This document shows positions 1 through 14,358 of a DNA stretch of 64,000 nt, piece by piece. Numbering within the stretch: the stretch's first letter is position 1; each line of letters opens with the position of its first letter. The stretch is from NCBI GenBank assembly GCA_964016885.1, contig OZ024764.1:12896001-12960000 (forward strand), written 5' to 3'. The DNA comes from Eledone cirrhosa (Eukaryota). The translations under genes and the position numbers were made by a program. The notes under the pieces are model-generated. The model ran no database searches. It saw nothing but the letters and a program-made list of their open reading frames with translations, and was not told the DNA's origin.

Positions 1-43
<43 letters not shown>

Positions 44-45
<2 letters not shown>

Positions 46-410
46 CAGTCAGTAGGCACCTCTAACAAAATACACCCCCATCCCACTAACCCCACCCCAT
101 CCACACCACCCCTTCAATGTAAAGTTATGTTGGGACCACAACATCCAGCCCGAAACAAATGAGGTTGTGTAGGTGTCACGACAAAAAAACACACAGTCCA
201 CGCTGTAATGTGGCCGTGTAGGTAACACGGTAAAAGCCTCCCAGTTCCACACTGTAAATGTGGTTGGTGTTAGGAAGGGCATCCAGCTGTAGAAAACCCG
301 CCAGACAGTCCACGCTGTAATGTGGCCGTGTAGGCAACACGGTAAAAACCTCCCAGCCCCACACTGTAAATGTGGTTGGTGTTAGGAAGGGCATCCAGCC
401 GTAGAATACA
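44..410 (+). mobile_element. RTE 3'UTR fragment
   Basis: Matches 39756-40027; related tips at 23151-23461(-), 51113-51170(+), 56049-56202(+), 61851-61945(-). Confidence 0.85.
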
Positions 411-517
411 CAAATAAGTTGGCCTTTGTCTCTCTCTCTCTCTCTCATCTGTGAGTCTCTCTCTCTCCCTCTCTCGTCTGTGTGAGTCTCTCTCTCCCTC
501 TCTCTCGTCTGTGTGAG

Positions 518-1356
<839 letters not shown>

Positions 1357-1358
<2 letters not shown>

Positions 1359-1439
1359 AGGAACGAGTAGGACCCCGACGGCTGAGCTCAAGCCGTTTCG
1401 ACGGCTAATTCTGGACTAAACCTTACCACATTTCCTTCG

Positions 1440-1441
<2 letters not shown>
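1357..1441. mobile_element. Short fold-back element family C (3' half of an HHR-like motif)
   Basis: Shares tttagtccagaa.tagccgtcGAAAcggcttgagctcagccgTCggggtc with 24960-25125 and 51839-52045; inserted in (TA)n. Confidence 0.7.
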
Positions 1442-1483
<42 letters not shown>

Positions 1484-1504
1484 GTGTCTATATATATAGA
1501 TATA

Positions 1505-1570
<66 letters not shown>

Positions 1571-1609
1571 CATACATAAATATATATATATATATATGTA
1601 CATACATAA

Positions 1610-1663
<54 letters not shown>

Positions 1664-1900
1664 CTATATATATAGATATATACATACATATATACACACA
1701 TATATATATATATCCCTACTCTATCTCATCTCCCACATAACTTCTATCCTATCTTCTCTGACAATTTTTCAATTAATTTAAACTTTTTTCATCTCTTTTT
1801 GCGTTTTTTTCATCAACCGATTATTATCTCCACTTGATTAACCCATGATGGTGGCGCTAGGGTTGTTAGGGGCTGTTGTAATGATGGGAGAGGGATGGGT

Positions 1901-1963
<63 letters not shown>

Positions 1964-2050
1964 CCTATATATATCTAATGATAAGAAGGAAGATTATATG
2001 ATGAAAGACATAAAAGGAATTGATGGAAGATAAATTAAATATACATATAC

Positions 2051-2107
<57 letters not shown>

Positions 2108-2273
2108 CATCATCATGAGGTAATATGCAAAATAGCATGTTCACGAAATTGAAAATCCGCTTCAGATTTAATTATTCATATATACTATATATAAATGAAT
2201 ATGTAAGTAAACAAGTATATATATATATATATATGTATATTATATTCATATAGAATATATATACACATATATG

Positions 2274-2333
<60 letters not shown>

Positions 2334-2495
2334 CACACACATATATATATATGATATATAATATATATATACACATGTTTGTATATATAAATATATATTC
2401 ACATATATGTGAATTTATATATATATACACACACACATATATATATATGATATATAATATATATATACACATGTTTGTATATATAAATATATATT

Positions 2496-2538
<43 letters not shown>

Positions 2539-2588
2539 GTTTGTATATATAAATATATATTCACATATATGTGAATTTATATATATAT

Positions 2589-2633
<45 letters not shown>

Positions 2634-2904
2634 ATATAATATATATATACACATGTTTGTATATATAAATATATATTCACATATATGTGAATTTATATAT
2701 ATATACACACACACATATATATATATATATATATGATATATAATATATATATACACATGTATGCATATGTAAATATATATTCACTATGGAAGATGTAAAT
2801 CAGTATATTTGTATGACTTCGTATCATGCAAAACAGCTTTCAGCAAAGGCATACGATTGATAGAAAGTTGTGGTTGCTTTAATATTATGTTTAGACATGG
2901 TTCT

Positions 2905-5752
2905 CTGAATTCCACAAGTGTTTGGTGGTAGGAAGCCATAACAGCCATGCTCCCAGTACACTTTGTCAAGTGGTTGGTGTTATGAAGGGCATTCAGCTGT
3001 AAAAATCATGCTCCCAGTACACTCTGTAAAGCGGTTGTTGTTAGGAAGGGCATTCAGCTGTAAAAATCATGCTCGCAGTACATGCTCCAAAGGGGTTGAT
3101 GTTAGGAAGGGAATCCAACTGTAGAAACCATGCTCCCAGTACACTCTGTAAAGTGGTTGGTGTTAGGAAGGACATCCAGCTGTAGAAACCATGCTCCCAG
3201 TACACTCTGTAAAGTGTTTGGTGGTAAGAAGGGCATCCAGCTGTAGAAACCATGCTCCCAGTACACTCTGTAAAGTGTTTGGTGGTAAGAAGGACATCCA
3301 GCTGTAGAAACCATGCTCCCAGTACACTCTGTAAAGTGTTTGGTGGTAAGAAGGGCATCCAGCTGTAGAAACCATGCTCCCAGTACACTCTGTAAAGTGG
3401 TTGGTGTTAGGAAGGACATCCAGCTGTAGAAACCATGCTCCCAGTACACTCTGTAAAGTGTTTGGTGGTAAGAAGGACATCCAGCTGTAGAAACCATGCT
3501 CCCAGTACACTCTGTAAAGTGTTTGGTGGTAAGAAGGACATCCAGCTGTAGAAACCATGCTCCCAGTACACTCTGTAAAGTGTTTGGTGGTAAGAAGGAC
3601 ATCCAGCTGTAGAAACCATGCTCCCAGTACACTCTGTAAAGTGTTTGGTGGTAAGAAGGACATCCAGCTGTAGAAACCATGCTCCCAGTACACTCTGTAA
3701 AGTGTTTGGTGGTAAGAAGGACATCCAGCTGTAGAAACCATGCTCCCAGTACACTCTGTAAAGTGTTTGGTGGTAAGAAGGACATCCAGCTGTAGAAACC
3801 ATGCTCCCAGTACACTCTGTAAAGTGTTTGGTGGTAAGAAGGACATCCAGCTGTAGAAACCATGCTCCCAGTACACTCTGTAAAGTGTTTGGTGGTAAGA
3901 AGGACATCCAGCTGTAGAAACCATGCTCCCAGTACACTCTGTAAAGTGTTTGGTGGTAAGAAGGGCATCCAGCTGTAGAAACCATGCTCCCAGTACACTC
4001 TGTAAAGTGTTTGGTGGTAAGAAGGACATCCAGCTGTAGAAACCATGCTCCCAGTACACTCTGTAAAGTGTTTGGTGGTAAGAAGGACATCCAGCTGTAG
4101 AAACCATGCTCCCAGTACACTCTGTAAAGTGTTTGGTGGTAAGAAGGGCATCCAGCTGTAGAAACCATGCTCCCAGTACACTCTGTAAAGTGTTTGGTGG
4201 TAAGAAGGACATCCAGCTGTAGAAACCATGCTCCCAGTACACTCTGTAAAGTGTTTGGTGGTAAGAAGGACATCCAGCTGTAGAAACCATGCTCCCAGTA
4301 CACTCTGTAAAGTGTTTGGTGGTAAGAAGGACATCCAGCTGTAGAAACCATGCTCCCAGTACACTCTGTAAAGTGTTTGGTGGTAAGAAGGGCATCCAGC
4401 TGTAGAAACCATTCTCCCAGTACACTCTGTAAAGTGGTTGGTGTTAGGAAGGACATCCAGCTGTAGAAACCATGCTCCCAGTACACTCTGTAAAGTGGTT
4501 GGTGTTAGGAAGGACATCCAGCTGTAGAAACCATGCTCCCAGTACACTCTGTAAAGTGGTTGGTGTTAGGAAGGACATCCAGCTGTAGAAACCATGCTCC
4601 CAGTACACTCTGTAAAGTGGTTGGTGTTAGGAAGGACATCCAGCTGTAGAAACCATGCTCCCAGTACACTCTGTAAAGTGTTTGGTGGTAAGAAGGGCAT
4701 CCAGCCATAACAGCTATGCTCCCAGTACACTCTGTCAAGTGGTTGGTGTTAGGAAGGACATCCAGCTGTAGAGACCATGCTCCCAGTACACTCTGTCAAG
4801 TGGTTGTTGTTAGGAAGGACATCCAGCTGTAGAGACCATGCTCCCAGTACACTCTGTAAACTGGTTGTTGTTAGGAAGGACATCCAGCTGTAGAAACTAT
4901 GCTCCCAGTACACTCTGTAAAGTGGTTGGTGTTAGGAAGGACATCCAGTCTTAGAAACCATGCTCCCAGTACACTCTGTAAAGTGGTTGGTGTTAGGAAG
5001 GACATCCAGTCTTAGAAACCATGCTCCCAGTACACTCTGTAAACTGGTTGGTGTTAGGAAGGACATCCAGCTGTAGAAACCATGCTCCCAGTACACTCTG
5101 TAAAGTGGTTGGTGTTAGGAAGGACATCCAGCTGTAGAAACCCTGCTCCCAGTACACTCTGTCATGTGGTTGGTGTTAGGAAGGACATCCAGCTGTAGAA
5201 ACCATACACCCAGTACACTCTGTAAAGTGGTTGGTGTTAGGAAGGACATCCAGCTGTAGAAACCATACACCCAGTACACTCTGTAAAGTGGTTGGTGTTA
5301 GGAAGGACATCCAGCTGTAGAAACCATGCACCCAGTACACTCTGTAAAGTGGTTGGTGTTAGGAAGGACATCCAGCTGTAGAAACCATGCACCCAGTACA
5401 CTCTGTAAACTGGTTGGTGTTAGGAAGGACATCCAGCTGTAGAAACCATGCTCCCAGTACACTCTGTAAAGTGGTTGGTGTTAGGAAGGACATCCAGCTG
5501 TAGAAACCATGCTCCCAGTACACTCTGTAAAGTGTTTGGTGGTAAGAAGGGCATCCAGCCATAACAGCCATGCACCCAGTACACTCTGTAAACTGGTTGG
5601 TGTTAGGAAGGACATCCAGCTGTAGAAACCCTGCTCCCAGTACACTCTGTCATGTGGATGGTGTTAGGAAGGGCATCCAACTGTAGAAACCATGCTCCCA
5701 GTACACTCTGTAAAGTGGGTGGCGTTAGGAAGGACATCCAGCTGTAGAAACC
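2905..5752. repeat. 61-bp minisatellite, ~46 copies, derived from RTE/SINE 3' region
   Basis: Unit cagtacactctgtaaagtggttggtgttaggaaggacatccagctgtagaaaccatgctcc. Confidence 0.95.
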
Positions 5753-5924
5753 AAGGCAAAAAACCCCTAAAAACCGGACATGGTCACCTGACCAGTCTAG
5801 CTCCAACACATGACTGACCCTTTAACCCTTGCAAGCATGGAAATTAGAGGTTTGACATAAATGATGAAGATATTGTTGAAGAAGATATTGTTGAATTTTA
5901 TTCGAATATCACCATTGATATAGC

Positions 5925-7517
5925 TGCTGTTGTTGTTGTTGTTGTTGTTGCTGCTGTTCTTGCAGTTGTTGTTGTTATTGTTGTTGTTGTTGTTGTTGTT
6001 GTTGTTACTGTTCTTATTGTTGCTGTTGTTGTTGTTGTTGTTGTTGCTGTTCTTGCAGTTGTTGTTGTTATTGTTGTTGTTATTGTTGTTGTTGTTGTTG
6101 TTGTTACTGTTCTTATTGTTGCTGTTGTTGTTGTTGTTTTTCTTGCAGTTGTTGTTATTGTTGTTGTTATTGTTGTTGTTATTGTTGTTGTTGTTGTTGT
6201 TACTGTTCTTATTGTTGCTGTTGTTGTTGTTGTTGCAGTTGTTTTTCTTGTTATTGTTGCTCTTATTGTTGTTGTTGCTGTTATTTTATTATCTTTGCTT
6301 TTGTTACTGTTGTTGTTGTTGTTGTAGTTGTTGCTTTTTGTTAGTATAATGTTGTTGTTATTGTTGTTGTATTATCAATTACTCAATTACTGTAGTAGTA
6401 GCAGTAGTAGTAGTAGTAGTAGTAGTAGTAGCAGTAGCAGTAGTAGTTGTTTTTATGAGCATCTTGTTGTTGTTGTTGTCGTAATCAATTTTGTTCTTAT
6501 TCTTACTGTTGTTATTGTTTTTATATCAATATTTCACTTGTTGTTGTTGTTGTTGTTGCTTTTTATCAAAATGTTGTTGTTGTTGTTGTAGTTGTTGTCG
6601 CTTTTTATCAACATGGTGTTGTTGTTGTTGTTGTTGTTTTTTATCAACATGGTGTTGTTGTTGTTGTTGTTGTTTTTTATCAACATGGTGTTGTTGTTGT
6701 AGTTGTTGCTTTTTATCAACATGGTGTTGTTGTTGTTGTTGTTGCTTTTTATCAACATGGTGTTGTTGTTGTAGTTGTTGCTTTTTATCAACATGGTGTT
6801 GTTGTTGTTGTTGTTTTTTATCAACATGGTGTTGTTGTTGTAGTTGTTGCTTTTTATCAACATGGTGTTGTTGTTGTTGTTGTTTTTTATCAACATGGTG
6901 TTGTTGTTGTTGTTTTTTATCAACATGGTGTTGTTGTTGTTGTCGTTGTTTTTTATCAACATGGTGTTGTTGTTGTTGTTGTTTTTTATCAACATGGTGT
7001 TGTTGTTGTTGTTTTTTATCAACATGGTGTTGTTGTTGTTGTTTTTTATCAACATGGTGTTGTTGTTGTTGTTGTTTTTTATCAACATGGTGTTGTTGTT
7101 GTTGTAGTTGTTGCTTTTTATCAACATGGTGTTGTTGTTGTTGTTGTTGTTTTTATAGACATGGTGTTGTTGTTGTTGTTGTTTTTATAGACATGGTGGT
7201 GTTGTTGTTGTTGTAGTTGTTTTTTTATCAACATGGTGTTCTTGTTGATGTTGTTATGGTTGTTAGTGTTGTTGTAGTTGCTTTTTATAGGCATGGTGTT
7301 GTTGTTGTTATTGTTGCTGTTGTTATTGTTGTATTTATTATCAATTTTCCACTGTTGTTGTTGCTTTTTATCGACATGATGTAGTAGTAGTAGTAGTTGT
7401 TGTTGTAGCTGTTGTTGTTGTTGTATTTATTATCAATATGGCGGTTATTATTGTTGATGGTGTTGTTGTTATTGTTGTATTTATCAATAATTCCACTGTT
7501 GTTATTGTAGTTGTCAC

Positions 7518-7556
<39 letters not shown>

Positions 7557-7560
7557 CACT
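5925..7560. repeat. (TTG)n microsatellite with ~30-39-bp ttttatcaacatggtg(ttg)n minisatellite (6560-7240)
   Basis: Direct inspection. Confidence 0.92.
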
Positions 7561-8168
7561 GTTGGGAGTTCATCTCAGGTAAAAACAAATCTTGTTCTTC
7601 TTGGCGTTTCATGTTCAGAATTCACCATCATGTTCATCACCACCATCACCATCATCATCATCATCACTACCATCATCATTATCATCACCATCATCATCAT
7701 CATCATCACTACCATCATCACCATCATCACCACCACCATCACCACCATCACCACCACCACCATCATCACTATCACTACCATCACCATCACCACCATCACC
7801 ACCACCATCACCACCATCATCATCACCATCACTACCACCACCACCATCACCACCATCACGACCACCACCACCACCACCACCACCACCACCATCACCACCA
7901 TCATCACTACCACCATCACTTCCGCCATCATCACCATCACAAAGTAACACAACAAGTGAAGAGATGCTGTACTGAGAAGAACTTGGAACAACAGACGTAT
8001 GATGGTGATGGTGATGATGATGATGATGATGATGGTGATGATGATGGTGATGGTGATGAAGACAATGATATTATTTCCTAAGATATCTGTACATTCACAC
8101 AGCTTCCACTGGGACTCCAGCATGGGCTTAGGGTGGAAGATGGCTTGTTTCACTTACATATATATTTA

Positions 8169-8243
<75 letters not shown>

Positions 8244-8476
8244 ATATATATATGTATATATATGTATGTATGTATATGTATGTATATATACATATATATG
8301 TATATATACATATATATATATATAAATACACACACACACACACACATATATATATACACATACACACACATATATACACACACATATATATACACACACA
8401 TACACATATATATATATACACACACACACATATATATATATATATACACACACACACATATATATACACACACACG

Positions 8477-8542
<66 letters not shown>

Positions 8543-8754
8543 TATACACACACAAACATATGTACATACATACATACATACAGACATACACCATACATAC
8601 ATACATACATATCCACATATATATCTCTATATACACACACAGGTATGTATGTATATTAAATTAGTAACAAAATTTAGGAACTTCCTTATCTTTCTGCCTG
8701 ATGTGTCTTGGAGAAAAAAATAGTTGAATGGACACTAAGTGGTTTTTGTTCTTG

Positions 8755-10525
8755 TTGGTGTTGTTGTTGTGGTGTGGTGGTGTTGTGGTGGTGTTGTGGT
8801 GGTGTTGGTGGTGGTGTTGGTGGTGTTGGTGGTGGTGTGGTGGTCTTGGTGGTGGTGTTGTGGTGGTGTGGTGGTGGTGTTGGTGGTGTTGTTGGTGGTG
8901 TTGTGGTGGTGTGGTGGTGTTGTGGTGGTCTTGGTGGTGGTGTTGTGGTGCTGGTGGTGTTGGTGGTGTTGTGGTGGTGTTGGTGGTAGTGGTGTTGGTG
9001 GTAGTGTTGTCGTGGTGTTGGTGGTGGTGTTGTGGTGGTGTGGTGGTGGTGTCGTGGTGTTGGTGGTGTTGTGGTGGTGTTGCTGGTGTTGTGGTGTTGT
9101 GGTGGTGTTGGTGGTGGTGTTGGTGGTGTTGTGGTGGCGTTGGTGGTGGTGTTGTGGTGGTGTTGTGGTGGTGTGGTGGTGGTGTGGTGTTGGTGGTGTT
9201 GTGGTGGTGTTGGTGGTGATGTTGTGGTGGTCTTGGTGGTGGTGTTGTGGTGCTGGTGGTGGTGGTGTTGGTGGTGTTGTGGTGGTCGTGTTGGTGTGGC
9301 GTTGGTGGTGGTGTTGTGGTGGTGTGGTGGTGGTGTTGGTGGTGTTGTGGTGGTGTTGGTGGTGTTGTGGTGGTGTTGGTGGTGTTGTGGTGGTGTTGGT
9401 GGTGGTGTTGTGGTGCTGGAGGTGGTGATGTTGGTGGTGTTGTGGTGGTGGCGTTGGTGGTGGTGTTGGTGGTGTTGTGGTGGTCTTGGTGGTGGTGTTG
9501 TGGTGGTGGTGTGGTGGTCTTGGTGGTGGTGTTGTGGTGGTGGTGTGGTGGTGTTGGTGGTGGTGTTGGTGGTGTTGTGGTGGTGTTGGTGGTAGTGCTG
9601 GTGGTGGTGTTGTGGTAGTGTTGGTGGTGGTGTTGTGGTAGTGTTGGTGGTGGTGTTGTGGTGTTGTGGTGGTGTTGTGGTGGCGTTGGTGGTGGTGTTG
9701 TGGTGGTGTGGTGGTGGTGTGGTAGTGTTGGTGGTGTTGTGGTGGTGGTGGTGTTGTGGTGGTGGTGGTGTTGGTGGTAATGTTGGTGGTGTTGTGGTGG
9801 TGTGGTGGTGTTGGTGGTGGTGTGGTGGTGTTGGTGGTGGTGTGGTGGTGTTGGTGGTGGTGTTGTGGTGGTGGTGGGGTGGTGGTGGTGGTAGTGTTGG
9901 TGGTGGTGGTGGTGGTGTTGGTGGTAGTGTTGGTGGTGTTGTTGGTGTTGGTGGTGTTGGTGGTAGTGTTGGTGGTGTTGTGGTGGTGTGGTAGTGTTGG
10001 TGGTGTTGGTGGTGTTGTGGTGGTGTTGTGGTGGTGTTGTGGTGGTGTTGGTGGTAGTGTTGGTGGTGTTGTGGTGGTGTGGTAGTGTTGGTGGTGTTGG
10101 TGGTGTTGTGGTGGTGTTGTGGTGGTGTTGGTGGTGGTGTTGGTGGTGTTGTGGTGGCGTTGTTGTGGCGTTGGTGGTGGTGGTGTGGTGGTGTTGGTGG
10201 TGGTGTTGGTGGTGTTGTGGTGGCGTTGTTGTGGCGTTGGTGGTGGTGGTGTGGTGGTGGTGTGGTAGTGTTGGTGGTGTTGTGGTGGTGTTGGTATTGG
10301 TGGTGTTGGTGGTAGTGTTGGTGGTGTTTTGGTGGTGTTGGTGGTGTTGGTGGTGTTGGTGGTGTTGTGGTGGTGTTGGTGGTGTTCTGGTGGTGTTGGT
10401 GGTGTTGTGGTGGTGTTGTTGGTGGTGTTGGTGGTGTTGTGGTGGTGTTGGTGGTGTTCTGGTGGTGTTGGTGGTGTTGTGGTGGTCTCGTGGTGCTAGT
10501 GGTGGTGTTGGTGGTGTTGTGGTCT
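8755..10525. repeat. (GTG/TTG)n low-complexity tract; similar tract at 57740-58640
   Basis: Direct inspection. Confidence 0.92.
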
Positions 10526-10569
10526 TGTAACTTGGTGGTTCAACAGTAGGATTAACCACATGTACTGCG

Positions 10570-10607
<38 letters not shown>

Positions 10608-10664
10608 GTATATTATTAATATATCGATCGCTACCTTGACACTACAAATATATACATATATATA

Positions 10665-10718
<54 letters not shown>

Positions 10719-10822
10719 CACACACACACATATATATGTATATATTTATATATATATATACAAAAACAAGATTGCGTAGGACAGAACAAAGGAGAGGCAC
10801 AAAACAAAGAAAAGAATCCCCA

Positions 10823-10865
10823 GTCACTGATGAGGTCAGAGAATGTGTGACGAAAGAACTTTGAC
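10823..10865 (+). ncRNA. Probable degenerate hammerhead motif in PLE-terminus-like island (10760-11020)
   Basis: gtca-CTGATGA-g-gtca..tgac-GAAA-g[aa]c-TT-tgac; loop III only 2 nt; island flanked by (TA)n with AATAAA downstream. Confidence 0.5.
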
Positions 10866-11220
10866 AATATATGAACAACCATCCGGTTGTGGAACCAACC
10901 AACCAACCGGAAATTTATAAATTTCTTAAATTTATAATTTAATTTATTTACAATAAATTGGAGTGAAAGCAACTGATGCGTGTGTTTCTTATTGGCAACA
11001 TGACCCTGCCAAAGTATAACAATATATATATATAGTAATAATAAAAGTCAAGACTAAAATATTTATACTCTACATTTACATTACTCTATATTTACTATTA
11101 TATTTTCATGGTATACACTTTATTCCACATAATTATCTTGCATAATACTGAATGTACGGGATTTCAATATTATTTATTTTGAGAACAATACCTTAACATA
11201 AGTATAAACAGTCAGTTTAA

Positions 11221-11654
11221 CCCTTTAGCGTTTACATTACTCTATATATAGTATTGTATTTTCACAGTAAAGGCTTTACCTCACATAATATCTCACATAA
11301 CATTTACATTACTCTATATATACTATTGTATTGTCACAGTAAAGGTTTTACCTCACATAATATCTCACATAACATTTACATTATTCTATATATACTATTG
11401 TATTTTCACAGTAAAGGCTTTACCACACATAATATCCCACATAACATTTACATTACTCTGTATATACTATTGTATTTTCATAGTAAAGGCTTTACCTCAC
11501 ATAATTATCTCACATAACATTGAATCTACAAGATTTTCATATTTATTTTGAGAACAATACCTTAACGTAAGTATGAACAGCCTGTTATGGCTGGTTTGAA
11601 CAGAAAGAGGTGAGACAATTCTGACTGGATATGACCAGTTAAAATGCTAAAGGG
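11221..11654. mobile_element. piggyBac-type MITE with internal 64-bp repeats
   Basis: TTAA|CCCTTTAGCGTTT ... AAATGCTAAAGGG|TTAA; four internal ~64-bp units. Confidence 0.8.
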
Positions 11655-11768
11655 TTAAGTATACACTGTGCCACTGATTTCGGGAATCAAACCTATAACT
11701 TTATGTTCATGAGAGTAACACCTGAACCCTAAGGTCCAAAGATATAAAATCTAAAGTTGCCAACCTAC

Positions 11769-11926
11769 CTCGTTTGTCCATTCAACCAGCTTCTTAATGA
11801 CCCCTATCTTGAATGTCCTCGTCGAGCTTGGAAACCATTCTGTTGTGTACCTCAGCCATAAGGAATGTGTAAAGGTGAAATTATTGACCACATGTCTCTG
11901 GAAATTCCAAACCTGTCGAACCCCAT
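11769..11926 (-). CDS. Candidate internal exon of an unidentified host gene (GVRQVWNFQRHVVNNFTFTHSLWLRYTTEWFPSSTRTFKIGVIKKLVEWTNE)
   Basis: Acceptor tttcttatttgtttcAG, donor gag|GTAGGT, 158 bp, only one frame open, unique complex sequence; protein family not recognised. Confidence 0.55.
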
Positions 11927-12910
11927 CTGAAACAAATAAGAAAGATTCTAGATAAAATTATGTATATTTTTGGTTCCTTAAAATGAACACACAATCTTAT
12001 AAAAATTGCTGCTACTTTTGGCACAAGGCCAGCAATTACCCCAGTGCATTACTGGTACATTATTTTATCGACCTCGTAAGGATGAAAGGCAAAGTTAACC
12101 TCGGCGGGATTTGAATTATTTCTACTTTTTCAGGAACGGGGGACAAACCATCTTTTGTTTTTTGTATATTTGATATAATAGATTTTTTTAAAGCTTATTT
12201 TTCTATCTATATCTAAACTTCATTTTAACGTATAAAATTTAATTAGCGTGAAATTTTACTTGTGTAATAGGGTCCGAGAGAGGCACCTTAAGCAATTTAT
12301 GCTCCTTTAAGAATCAACAAATGTTGGTTTGTCTCCCGCTTCACATTTTTAAGGCAAATGAGCCCCTTGCATGGGATGGAGGAAGATAGAAGTAAAATGT
12401 TAACAATGGTGAGAATGGAGGTTGCAAAGTTTTGATGAAACAGTGTATGAGAATTGCTCTGACATTTTAATTAAGATAGGGTCATATATTTTCATTATTC
12501 TCGTTAAGGAAATGTCACCCTATAGGTTAATGACGCTGATCTCGTTATCTTTACTAAAACTAGGGATTCTCAATTGAAGGTAACAATAGATTGACCTTGG
12601 GTTTTCAGGTATTACAATTGTGTTATCTGTACATATATATACACCCACCACTGTGACTGTGTGTGCATTTTTGTTGCATATATGGATGTGCATACATGCA
12701 CATATATATATATAGATACACACATACATACATGCATGTGTGTATGTGTGTATGTGTGTATGTGTGTATGCATTCATATGTACATACATACACACATTCA
12801 TATAAAAATATATATATTTATGAGTGTATATATATATATATATATATAAACACACACAAATATGTGTGAGAGTGGGTGTATATATATATATATTAATTAG
12901 ATGTTACTAG

Positions 12911-13009
<99 letters not shown>

Positions 13010-13020
13010 GTATATATATG

Positions 13021-13147
<127 letters not shown>

Positions 13148-13148
13148 G

Positions 13149-13180
<32 letters not shown>

Positions 13181-13229
13181 TATAAAAGGATATATATATA
13201 TATGTATATATATATATAAATATATAAAA

Positions 13230-13284
<55 letters not shown>

Positions 13285-13286
<2 letters not shown>

Positions 13287-13472
13287 CCAGTAGAAGTAAG
13301 ACGAAAAACACGGGCGGAAGTGGTGAGAGTTGACCTCAGATGGCTGAAACTCAAGGAGGAGATGACGAAGGACCGTGACAAGTGGAGAGATGCTTTTGTT
13401 ATGCTGAATAGGACCTGTCCCACCCTTACAAGCAGGGAAAAGCGGACATAAAATGATAATGATGATGATGAT
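13285..13472 (+). mobile_element. RTE 3' tip (same family as 46420-47710)
   Basis: Matches the reverse complement of 46440-46625; (GAT)n tail. Confidence 0.8.
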
Positions 13473-13491
13473 ATATATATATATGCATATA

Positions 13492-13794
13492 CAGGTAAAA
13501 TTCTGTTGCAACAAATACTATTACAACAAATTTTCCAGAATAACAAATTCTTTTTTGATAATAATGAAATTATTGTGTAAAGTGCTCAGGTGCACTACAA
13601 CTCGTCAAAGGTGTATGTATAGTACATAGAATGATACACAAATGTCAGGGAAGTACATGTGTGTATGTGTTAGCTGTAGTGTTGGCAGATCTCGGGAAAC
13701 ATGGAGGCCTTAAAGGATGCAGTGTCTCGACAGCTAACAACTGATGCAGGTAGTTTGTTTTAATCCAGTGAATTTCGTTAGAACGGAATTTCAC

Positions 13795-13796
<2 letters not shown>
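13492..13796. mobile_element. Degenerate pogo/Tigger-like MITE interrupted by the CR1-type fragment
   Basis: Left end ta-caggtaaaattctgttgcaac vs right end gttagaacggaatttcactg. Confidence 0.5.
13558..13760 (-). mobile_element. CR1/L2-group LINE 3' end
   Basis: Minus strand NKLPASVVSCRDTASFKASM (WNxLP..VV..FK motif), short 3'UTR with (ATT)n tail. Confidence 0.7.
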
Positions 13797-13852
<56 letters not shown>

Positions 13853-13884
13853 CTTAATTTGGTGGTTTATATATATATTTATAC

Positions 13885-13915
<31 letters not shown>

Positions 13916-13923
13916 TTTATAGA

Positions 13924-13980
13924 AGGAGCTTCTACAGGACTAGTACTGTTTCATTCAGATGAAATCTTCAGGAAGCTCCT
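13924..13980 (-). ncRNA. Type I hammerhead ribozyme (family A)
   Basis: Minus strand reads aggagcttc-CTGAAGA-tttcatctgaat-GAAA-cag[tactagtc]ctg-TA-gaagctcct: 9-bp stem I, intact core, short stem II, stem III loop containing palindrome ACTAGT, GUA cleavage triplet. Confidence 0.88.
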
Positions 13981-14026
13981 GAAGATTTCATCTGAATGAA
14001 ACAGTACTAGTCCTGTAGAAGCTCCT
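13975..14026 (+). ncRNA. Type I hammerhead ribozyme (family A), inverted partner copy
   Basis: CTGAAGA-tttcatctgaat-GAAA-cagtactagtcctg-TA-gaagctcct; 5' strand of stem I is imperfect at the inversion junction; unit tail continues to ~14111. Confidence 0.8.
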
Positions 14027-14109
14027 TCTATAAAATAAAAAAATTTTACTCTGCCTTGTATTGAGTACCTTACTTACTGTGGTTATCCCCGACTCAACCC
14101 GGGACCTAC

Positions 14110-14204
<95 letters not shown>

Positions 14205-14258
14205 CATACATACATATATATATTTGCTGACTGTATATATATATATATAATATAGATG

Positions 14259-14309
14259 AGATTCTACAGGACTAGAACTGTTTCATTCTTTAGAAATCAT
14301 CAGGAATCT
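14259..14309 (-). ncRNA. Type I hammerhead ribozyme (family B)
   Basis: Minus strand: agattc-CTGATGA-tttctaaagaat-GAAA-cag[ttctagtc]ctg-TA-gaatct. Confidence 0.88.
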
Positions 14310-14358
14310 GATTCCTGATGATTTCTAAAGAATGAAACAGTTCTAGCCTTGTAGAATC
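14310..14358 (+). ncRNA. Type I hammerhead ribozyme (family B), inverted partner copy
   Basis: gattc-CTGATGA-tttctaaagaat-GAAA-cag[ttctagcc]ttg-TA-gaatc; tail with gtattgagtac motif to ~14442. Confidence 0.85.

Noticed and set aside
2110-2165. catcatga-hairpin-GAAA resembling an HHR
   Set aside because: Core mismatch and no stem I or III
3102-4547. Long ORFs open in all three minus-strand frames of the 61-bp array (likewise the 49-bp arrays)
   Set aside because: The unit simply lacks stop codons on one strand; unit length is not a multiple of 3 and it derives from a retroelement UTR
2905-5752. CRISPR-like regular repeats
   Set aside because: Head-to-tail units with no unique spacers, no cas genes, eukaryotic context
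12520-12627. Possible minus-strand exon upstream of the 11769-11926 exon
   Set aside because: Poor polypyrimidine tract and an in-frame TAG just before the putative donor; other frames closed
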